Shown here one piece after another: positions 56,583-64,000 of a stretch of DNA of 64,000 nucleotides. Under the pieces are notes generated by a model. The model was not told the DNA's origin. It ran no database searches and saw nothing but the letters and a program-made list of their open reading frames with translations. Numbering within the stretch: the first letter of the stretch is position 1; each line of letters begins with the position of its first letter. This stretch comes from Thermoplasmatota archaeon (GTDB lineage Archaea > Thermoplasmatota > Thermoplasmata > UBA10834). Both the position numbers and the translations under genes were made by a program. The stretch lies in the NCBI GenBank assembly GCA_018818785.1, contig JAHIRF010000005.1:275513-339512 (forward strand). Direction: 5' to 3'.

Positions 56583-57731
56583 ATGATGTCTTCTCAGACT
56601 CGCTCTCGAATTCTCGTTTGCAGTGATTTCTTGTATCCTCCTAAGGGTGGGGGGAATCTCTCGATTCGTTCAGTATCACTCGAATTGAAGAAGCGAGGTT
56701 TTGAAGTCCATAGTGCCTACTTCGGCGACCAATCGGATCCGGACCTCATTGCACATCCACAACCGCAGGGGGTGCTGCTCAGAGGGCTATGGCCACGCCT
56801 CTGGAATAGCGATTCCATTTGGCGCACCCGCCTCAGGTCACTCCTGAATGAGGTCAAACCTGATATTGTGATTGCACAACAGACAGTCTCGATTCCCACT
56901 ATTTCTGTTTGTAAGGAATTCGGAATTCCCGTCATCCTATTCATCCGGAATCTAGACGATTTTTGCCTGGGTGGTTTCTGGACTGGACAGGCGAAGAAAT
57001 GCGATTACAGATGTATTGGATGCAAAGACGCAGGTCCTCGCATCTGGCAGTTCCCTTTCTTCATAATGTATCATTCCCGGGTTCTCAGGTTAATACGCTC
57101 TGCCGATGCGATTATTGCAAACAGTCAAAATGTGCAGAGGATTCTGAGAGATTTGTTGGGGATGGAATCATTGGTGATTCTCCCACAGGTTGAAGCTCCA
57201 TGCAAGGACGCGACTGAAATGCGTGATAAGATCCTGTTTATCTCTCCAGTGCAGCATAAAGGGAGCGAGATAGCATTGAAGATTGCCGAACACATGCCAA
57301 ACGAATCGTTTCTTTTCGTCGGTGATGCCAAGCAATCCACAATCGAGAGAATGCAGCGATTGGCCAATGTCCAACATATCCATTGGACACGCGATGTTGG
57401 TTCCATCTACAATTCCTCTCGACTGCTGATCGTCCCGTCCATCTCCTCTGAATCCTTTGGCCGGGTATGTCTGGAGGCAATGTCGCTGGGGATTCCCTGC
57501 ATTGTGAGTAGATCCGGTTCGCTTCCAGAAACGGTTGGTGCGAGTGGCGATGTTGTGATGGATTCACTCAATCATGAATCTTGGATAGCTACTATCCAGA
57601 GATATTCTGATGGCGTCTACTATGAAACCAAGTCCAATCTCTCTCTCTCTCGATACCAAGAATATATGGAAAATCTGGGGATCGACAATCTGTTGCTGAC
57701 CATCGAGCGCCTATTGGCGAATCGCAGATAA
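56583..57731 (+). CDS. Glycosyltransferase family 4 (GT-B)
   Basis: N-terminal GT4 domain and C-terminal ESFGRVCLEAMSLGIPCIVS (E-x7-E). Confidence 0.75.
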   Translation: MMSSQTRSRILVCSDFLYPPKGGGNLSIRSVSLELKKRGFEVHSAYFGDQSDPDLIAHPQPQGVLLRGLWPRLWNSDSIWRTRLRSLLNEVKPDIVIAQQTVSIPTISVCKEFGIPVILFIRNLDDFCLGGFWTGQAKKCDYRCIGCKDAGPRIWQFPFFIMYHSRVLRLIRSADAIIANSQNVQRILRDLLGMESLVILPQVEAPCKDATEMRDKILFISPVQHKGSEIALKIAEHMPNESFLFVGDAKQSTIERMQRLANVQHIHWTRDVGSIYNSSRLLIVPSISSESFGRVCLEAMSLGIPCIVSRSGSLPETVGASGDVVMDSLNHESWIATIQRYSDGVYYETKSNLSLSRYQEYMENLGIDNLLLTIERLLANRR

Positions 57732-57772
57732 TCGATCGAATACCGATCATCCGAAGCGATTTCCCGCGATCG

Positions 57773-59311
57773 TCAGAATATCCGCAGCTTTCTCATTACG
57801 CCCCTGGCCATCTTCTTTATTTGGCTCCTTTCGAATTGATCGAGGACCAGGCTATACCCTGCCAGTGCCATCGCAGACGAGAATACGGCCCCACCAATGA
57901 GACGTCCCGAGAAGTCCAGGCTCATAAAGTATTCATCATAGATGACGAGGATTGAGCCAAACGCGAGACACAACAGGAGGACTCTTATGACGGAGACTCT
58001 GAATGATCTCCAGAAGTAAATGCTCAATATGAAGACATATATTCCAAATGATGCGAGATATGCCGAAGCAAGTCCTTTGCTCCCCAAATCTCCGACGAAC
58101 ATGAATAGAACTGTGAGGAACACAAAAAACCATATCAGATTGAGGAAGAACGCATGCCATACCCTACCTGTGCCGAGAATCACATTCGATACGATCGAGC
58201 AGATTACCCGGTATGAAGCCGCCCCGAACATCACAACTGCCGCGGCATATGCTGTACTGTACTCGACGCCATATAGCAGTCTTATCACGCTGTCCAAGAA
58301 CGGTAGGGCAAGAATGCAGAGGGGAATGACAGCAACTGCCGTGATGCACAAGAGCCTCTTCACATTCTCCCCGACTTTGTGCGGCATGGATGCATCCTGC
58401 TCGCTTATCATTGGCAGGAGAGGGACGCTCATTGCTGCAGACAAGATGAGAAGCATCTGCGCCAGATTATCTGCGATCTGAAAATCACCAACGGAGTCAA
58501 ATCCCCATTCTGTGGCAAGCACAGTTCGACCAATCCAGTGCGCCAATATCAGAATCAAACCACTGAATAGCAGTGGGATGGAAAAGGCAAATATGTTTTT
58601 CATGTGTCCCTTATTTGCCAGTATTGATTTTGATGCGCTGAATGATAGCCCAGCCACTCGCCTGACTACAAATGCTAGCATTGTTATCGAAATCAGATTC
58701 GAGATAATGAGCGCGAGGATTGCTCCATTGAGTCCAAACCCCCATATGCATATGGTGGTGACAGGCTGTGCCAGAATGGCGACCGCAGCATTTACTCTTG
58801 CGAGGGATTTGATGCGTTGGCATCCTTGGACGAATGATGCTAAGCCGATGTTCATTGAGGCTATCAAGACCAGCAGCGCTGAGAGTCTGATCGCCGTTAT
58901 GATCGATTCATTGTTGTAGATATCTCTCGCGATTGTCTCTGAGAGGGCCAGATAGATCAATGAAGTTATCGCCGACGTTATAGCGATCACTATGATCAGA
59001 GCACTTCCTATGCTCTTCGCCAGATTCGAATCCCTTTGGCTGATCTCAGATATATGTTTGATCATCGCCACAGGGACTCCGAAAACCGCGACTATGACCA
59101 CTAACCCCTCAAGATTTACGATTATCGAAAGCGCTCCATAATCCGCTGGTTGAAGAAGCCTTGCAGCGATGATGGAATTGATGAGGGTCATTCCCTTGAT
59201 TACCAATAGTGATAGAAAGGTAACCCCACTTCCGAATATCACTCTCTTTAGGAATCCATCCAAGTCAATCACTGGGTGTTGTCGCGAATGCTTGCACGCA
59301 ATCTGCCACAT
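57773..59311 (-). CDS. Polysaccharide biosynthesis flippase (Wzx/MOP superfamily)
   Basis: 512 aa with about 14 TM helices and a MOP-type topology. Confidence 0.7.
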   Translation of the reverse strand: MWQIACKHSRQHPVIDLDGFLKRVIFGSGVTFLSLLVIKGMTLINSIIAARLLQPADYGALSIIVNLEGLVVIVAVFGVPVAMIKHISEISQRDSNLAKSIGSALIIVIAITSAITSLIYLALSETIARDIYNNESIITAIRLSALLVLIASMNIGLASFVQGCQRIKSLARVNAAVAILAQPVTTICIWGFGLNGAILALIISNLISITMLAFVVRRVAGLSFSASKSILANKGHMKNIFAFSIPLLFSGLILILAHWIGRTVLATEWGFDSVGDFQIADNLAQMLLILSAAMSVPLLPMISEQDASMPHKVGENVKRLLCITAVAVIPLCILALPFLDSVIRLLYGVEYSTAYAAAVVMFGAASYRVICSIVSNVILGTGRVWHAFFLNLIWFFVFLTVLFMFVGDLGSKGLASAYLASFGIYVFILSIYFWRSFRVSVIRVLLLCLAFGSILVIYDEYFMSLDFSGRLIGGAVFSSAMALAGYSLVLDQFERSQIKKMARGVMRKLRIF

Positions 59312-59383
59312 GCTCTATATGACTTTCGAATCATGCATGCCGTTGCCGATTAGGTTTTATACCGCCGAGGCTTAATTGGTCCC

Positions 59384-61219
59384 GTGTCCGTAGATTCCGT
59401 GACGCCAAATTCTCGGCGTTATCGCCGATCATTCATCCTCTTTCTGCTTGCATTTGTCATCATCCTGAATGTCGTGATTCGGTATCCCATTTTTCACGCA
59501 TCCCCACATGGTTCGGACACATACTTCACCCTTGAGCTTGCCAGGGCTATTGCCGAAGATGGCAGGGCAGGATGGATGCTCAGCCCGCTATCATATTTTG
59601 GGATGTATCCTCTATCCTACCCCGGCGGCACATCGTTCCTGTACGCAGATATCCAGCTGCTATCTGATGCAAATTGGAATTCCTTGCCATGGATAATTAG
59701 CACATATTTCGGCGTCTTTCTCATTTTAGTTGGATTCATGTTCTTCAGATTATTTCACATAAGAGACGAAATATCTGTGTTAATGGCTGGGTTGATGGGT
59801 ATATCCCCCTACTTCCTCTACCTCACTTTCAGCCAAGCTTCAGGGCGAGCATTCATACTGCCTCTATTCGTTCTTGCGTTGTATCTGATATTCTGGGACA
59901 ATCGTAATCGTTATACGCGTCTCTGCCTGTTCGTCATTTTCACTTTTGGGGCGATTACAATTCACCGCTCAAGCCTCATTGTATTCTTCGCTGAAGCAAT
60001 CGCGATACTCGTTGTATCCTTGGTGCCAATACTCCCTGCCAAGCTTTCAAAAATAAGATACCCTGCATACATCACATATCTGATTTTCGGAGCCATGCTG
60101 CTGTTATGGCCTTACGTGCCAGGTCTCAGAGATATCATCAATTCCGTACCCGAAATGTCATCCACATATAGTATGGCTGAGTGGGAGTTCAAGACAGGAT
60201 TCTTGTTGGAGGGCGAATCCGTTTGGATCCTTGTGGTGAATCTAGCCACGAATTATATCGGAAGCATGGGGATTATACTTATTCTGCTTCCCTTGGCATT
60301 CATCGCCCTTTTCCCTAGATTCAGACATATGCGTGAGAAAGATATCTTCATGCTTGCCATGCTAATCGTTCTGGCACCGTTCATTTGGAAGGCCCAGTAT
60401 GTCCAACTCATATTCGTTCCATTCGCATATGCGATATGTGGCATGACTTTGCATAGATGGTCATATGTCGTATCGGCATTCCGTCATCTATGTCGAATAT
60501 GTCGCATGCCTTCGCTCCGAACGAATGTCCGATTCCACGCCGCACGTCCACTTCTCTTGACGACGCTGATTATCTCGTCTTCGGCCTTCTCGCTGGTTCT
60601 CTTTGATCACAGATCAATAATGCCTGATAGTTACACGGGAGAGCGTAATTGGCCCAAAGATTCGGAGGTCAATATTGGTCTGTATCTCGGGGATGTCGAT
60701 TGTGATGAATTCAATGCATTCGTATCTTATTCTGGCCTAGTGGATCGTCGAATTAGATGGTACTCCGGATTGGATTCTCCCGTGATTGACTCCGTATGTC
60801 TTCTTGCGACAGGATATCTCGAAGTCGACAGGGACGGGTTTATCTTCAGCGCCAATGCAGAAGATGATTTCATCGAATTCATAATCTCGTTCTATAGATC
60901 AGACAAATACTACGAATTGAACGCTTCGATTCCGAACGCCAATCTCTTTCGTTTGAGTTGGGGCGACGTGTATGGGTTCCTGAGATTATATTTCGAGGAT
61001 CCATCAGATGCTGTGTTGTTCCCCCGAATCAGTACGAATGAAGCCGGAATAGGCATAGTCGTGGTATCCAATTCGCTTGACGAAAATATCCGGAACCCAT
61101 TTACCTGGGAAGGGCTGATGGTCAGTGAATTCCTTGATGAAGTGATTTCGGGGACATATTGCATCTATTCGAATGATGAATACCGTTCCTATCTGGCCGC
61201 ATCCATGAAATCAGTTTGA
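59384..61219 (+). CDS. GT-C-fold membrane glycosyltransferase-like protein (ArnT/PMT-like) with C-terminal soluble domain
   Basis: About 11 N-terminal TM helices; the first extracytoplasmic loop contains SDTYFTLELARAIAEDG, resembling the GT-C D-x-x-Y/F...LAR...E motif of the ArnT/PMT families. Confidence 0.4.
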   Translation: MSVDSVTPNSRRYRRSFILFLLAFVIILNVVIRYPIFHASPHGSDTYFTLELARAIAEDGRAGWMLSPLSYFGMYPLSYPGGTSFLYADIQLLSDANWNSLPWIISTYFGVFLILVGFMFFRLFHIRDEISVLMAGLMGISPYFLYLTFSQASGRAFILPLFVLALYLIFWDNRNRYTRLCLFVIFTFGAITIHRSSLIVFFAEAIAILVVSLVPILPAKLSKIRYPAYITYLIFGAMLLLWPYVPGLRDIINSVPEMSSTYSMAEWEFKTGFLLEGESVWILVVNLATNYIGSMGIILILLPLAFIALFPRFRHMREKDIFMLAMLIVLAPFIWKAQYVQLIFVPFAYAICGMTLHRWSYVVSAFRHLCRICRMPSLRTNVRFHAARPLLLTTLIISSSAFSLVLFDHRSIMPDSYTGERNWPKDSEVNIGLYLGDVDCDEFNAFVSYSGLVDRRIRWYSGLDSPVIDSVCLLATGYLEVDRDGFIFSANAEDDFIEFIISFYRSDKYYELNASIPNANLFRLSWGDVYGFLRLYFEDPSDAVLFPRISTNEAGIGIVVVSNSLDENIRNPFTWEGLMVSEFLDEVISGTYCIYSNDEYRSYLAASMKSV

Positions 61220-61252
61220 CTACTGATTCATTGGGTTCAATTGCCTTCGCTA

Positions 61253-62380
61253 TTAGTCGCCTGCCAGATGATTGATTATCTTTCTATAGGATTCTCTGAA
61301 ATTCTCGATGTCATGATGCTTCTCGGCAAACTGTCTGGATGCCAACGAAACCGCATCCCTTTCATGTGGTGAGCTCTTCAGTGACTGAACACATTTGATA
61401 TATCCGTCCACATTCCGATCAGGAACGATATATTTCCTCAAGAGTTCATCCTTCTGGATATCAAGAGCCCCTCCGATGGGTGATGTAATCACCGGTAATC
61501 CACATGCAAGTGCTTCGATTATTGTGAAGCTGCATCCTTCATAGAGTGTTGGAAGGACGAGCGCATCGCATGATTGGTAGAGTTCAATCAATTGTTCTGC
61601 AGGCAGCCTTCCTACCACCACGGTTCCCTCTGGAACTTCTGAGACCTCTGTCCGCAGAATCAGTTGAGTATCATTGTTAAGCTTTGGTCTGAGCTCCCTA
61701 ATGATCCATTCAACACCTTTTCTGGAACTGGGAGGCCCTACATAGAGTAGCAAGAATCGGTCGATGGGCAGCCCCAGCTTCTTTCGGATGGATTCCTTAT
61801 CCTGTACTGGCTTGAAGACTCTGAGGTCGACTGCATTCGGGACTATCGCATCGATTCTATGCCCATAATAGTCGGTTACTTCGTCGCCGGTGGCCTTGGA
61901 GACCGCAACCACAACCCTACCTTTGCCTGATTTCTTGTCCAAGAATGCGCCAACGGTACCGACCGCATAGTCCGTCAATCGTTTGGATTCTTGATCCACA
62001 TTCTTCGCTCTCCCAGCTTCGGATCCGTGATAGACAACCAATGATCTGGATCTCCTTGCATTCCAAGAGAAATATCCGTTGCAGATTATGATGTCATCAT
62101 CGCTACAGAGCCTATTAATCGTCCGGCCAATCTTGAACGCGCTCAATGGTCTCAATTTCCTGAGCAGCTCACTCTTGAAAACTTGAGTCGAATCGATCAC
62201 CCTGACATCAAACCCTTCCTCTTTCAGGATGTCTGTGATCAAGTTTATGAATCGCTCGACGCCAGATCCTCTATCTGGTTCCAGGAATGAACTGATCCAA
62301 ACACAACTAGTGCATGAAGCTGCCTTTGCAGTCGGGATGTTCGACGCCATCAAATCGTTCTGTGATGCGCTACTCATCAA
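61253..62380 (-). CDS. Glycosyltransferase family 4 (GT-B)
   Basis: EGCSFTIIEALACGLPVITS motif. Confidence 0.75.
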   Translation of the reverse strand: MMSSASQNDLMASNIPTAKAASCTSCVWISSFLEPDRGSGVERFINLITDILKEEGFDVRVIDSTQVFKSELLRKLRPLSAFKIGRTINRLCSDDDIIICNGYFSWNARRSRSLVVYHGSEAGRAKNVDQESKRLTDYAVGTVGAFLDKKSGKGRVVVAVSKATGDEVTDYYGHRIDAIVPNAVDLRVFKPVQDKESIRKKLGLPIDRFLLLYVGPPSSRKGVEWIIRELRPKLNNDTQLILRTEVSEVPEGTVVVGRLPAEQLIELYQSCDALVLPTLYEGCSFTIIEALACGLPVITSPIGGALDIQKDELLRKYIVPDRNVDGYIKCVQSLKSSPHERDAVSLASRQFAEKHHDIENFRESYRKIINHLAGD

Positions 62381-62459
62381 TCAAACCTTCTATTACCTTG
62401 GGGGTGTACGATTGAGCCTCCATGATTTAGATGGTCAATATTGAAATATCTCGCTTCGG

Positions 62460-63392
62460 ATGCCTTATCCCAAGATGACGAAGAAAATCTCGGTGATAAT
62501 CCCATCCCTCGGTCGTTGGAATCGTCTGATCCAGTGCATCGAATCCATTCTCAAGCAGAAGAGGGAATATCCACTGGAGATCATCGTGATATTGGATGGT
62601 GTGTCTTCAATCGAGGCCGAAGGTCGTCTCAGGTCTGCCATTAGTGGTGCTGGAGACATGATAATCGATGCCTCTCTGAATCGGCGCGGGTCTCCGAGAG
62701 CAAAAAATGATGGAGCTCGATTATCTACCGGGGATGTTCTGGTATTCGTCGACGATGACATAACTGCCGAAGCCGAATGGCTATCGACAATAGTCGAGTC
62801 GATATCGGATGATGTTGTCGGCGTGGGCGGGGCAGAGAGAAAGCCGCAGCGGATTGATATCTTTCGCAATATTTGGTTCCGAGTCAATGGAAATGTCACT
62901 GGCAAGGTGGGGTTCACCGGTCAGGTCATCTCAAATTTCACCCCGACAAAGTGCGAGCCCGAGCAAGTTGATTGTCTTGCTGGCTGCAACATGGCGTTCT
63001 CTCGGGCTGCATTCGAGAACTGCAATGGCTTCGATGAATGCTATGGCGGGAATGCATACAGAGAGGAGACCGATTTATGTCTGAGAATATCTCGCTTTGG
63101 GAAATTGATCTTCCTTCCGAAAGCTGTCGTATTTCACCACGAAGAACCTTCTGGAGGAAATACTCCGAATTCAATCCGGGATTGGCACTATTGGTATCAC
63201 AGGAACAATACCTATTTCTTTATGAAGAACCTGAACGGTCATCGCCTGTCCAGGATATCGTTGCATATCTTGAACGAGATTCTCCTTGCGGTGGTGCGTA
63301 TGATTGCAGGACGGACAATGTCTCCCATATCCACAATGTATCGTGGGTTCAAGGACGGCAAGGCTGTCTATAATCGAGATCCGGTCGGATGA
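62460..63392 (+). CDS. Glycosyltransferase family 2 (GT-A)
   Basis: ISVIIPSLGRWNRLIQCIESI plus a DXD motif in VFVDDDI. Confidence 0.75.
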   Translation: MPYPKMTKKISVIIPSLGRWNRLIQCIESILKQKREYPLEIIVILDGVSSIEAEGRLRSAISGAGDMIIDASLNRRGSPRAKNDGARLSTGDVLVFVDDDITAEAEWLSTIVESISDDVVGVGGAERKPQRIDIFRNIWFRVNGNVTGKVGFTGQVISNFTPTKCEPEQVDCLAGCNMAFSRAAFENCNGFDECYGGNAYREETDLCLRISRFGKLIFLPKAVVFHHEEPSGGNTPNSIRDWHYWYHRNNTYFFMKNLNGHRLSRISLHILNEILLAVVRMIAGRTMSPISTMYRGFKDGKAVYNRDPVG

Positions 63393-63396
63393 TATT

Positions 63397-64000
63397 TATG
63401 ACTAAAACGATTGGCGATGACTGCTTCGAAAATGTAGATGTTACATTTTGTCTCGTTTCTCTCAACGAGGAGCGGTCCATTCGTGCTTCATTGGGTGCGA
63501 TAATCCGCGAGAGCAAGGGTTTTGCAAGAGCGGAAATACTCGTGATGGCTGGCGGCACGGATGACACTTATGACATTGCAGTGTCCATGTTGAGCGACGT
63601 CAAAGATGCCATCGTAATCGAGGATGCGGAACCAAAAGGCAAGCCCGCAGCGCTCAATACTCTTTTCTCTATGGCGCATGGCAAGATCCTGATCTTGTCC
63701 GATGGGGATGTAATCCTCGGAGCTGGCTCAGCCAGAAAACTCGTGGACTCCTTCAACAATGTGGGCATTGGATGCGCCAGTGGCCGCGTCATTGGAGCAC
63801 AAGATAGACCCACTCCCGTTACCCGATCCTGCAGATTGATGAATGAAATGATGCATGCTGCCAGATCAAGGGACTTTGCTGACAGGGGCACAATCGAATT
63901 GGCCTCCGGCTACCTGATAGCCATAAGAAGAGAGCTAGTTCCCGTTCTCCCACACTCAATCAATTCTGATGACGGATTCTTGTCCCGAAGTGTCCGTTCA
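63397..64000 (+). CDS. Glycosyltransferase family 2, 5' partial (runs off window end); not in the ORF track
   Basis: ATG 63397 gives MTKTIGDDCFENVDVTFCLVSLNEERSIRAS...ILILSDGDVIL, a GT2 N-terminus with a DGD motif. There is no stop before position 64000. Confidence 0.6.

Overview
The window looks like a contig from an uncultured archaeon, with roughly 55-60% GC by eye. The archaeal call rests on archaeal-type ribosomal protein S2, an unannotated rpoK directly upstream of it, an RPA1/RPA32-like pair, Nep1, PurP, Trm112 and an archaeosortase-family protein. Genes are tightly packed, and many neighbours are joined by 4-nt ATGA/TTGA stop-start overlaps. Strong Shine-Dalgarno-like GGAGG motifs precede several genes, and TTG/GTG starts are common. 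The most notable content is a complete bacterial-type Wood-Ljungdahl carbonyl-branch module at roughly 10.4-22.4 kb. It runs cooT-cooC, then one 1379-aa ORF that fuses a CooS/AcsA-type Ni-CODH to a full-length AcsB acetyl-CoA synthase, then acsD and acsC. A second CooC/AcsF and RACo sit divergently, followed by acsE and a DUF3786 protein. Other items are a tandem array of four zinc-ribbon/TM paralogs, an IS200/IS605-family tnpB-only element, a cysteine desulfurase/DsrE/TusA/LarC1 cluster, an S8 protease with an odd C-terminal domain, and a surface-glycan locus. That locus holds an archaeosortase, flippase, GT2/GT4 and GT-C-like genes, plus a GT2 gene truncated at the window end. No rRNA, tRNA or CRISPR array could be supported by eye. 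All calls rest on motif recognition in the supplied translations and on reading the nucleotides myself; no searches were run.
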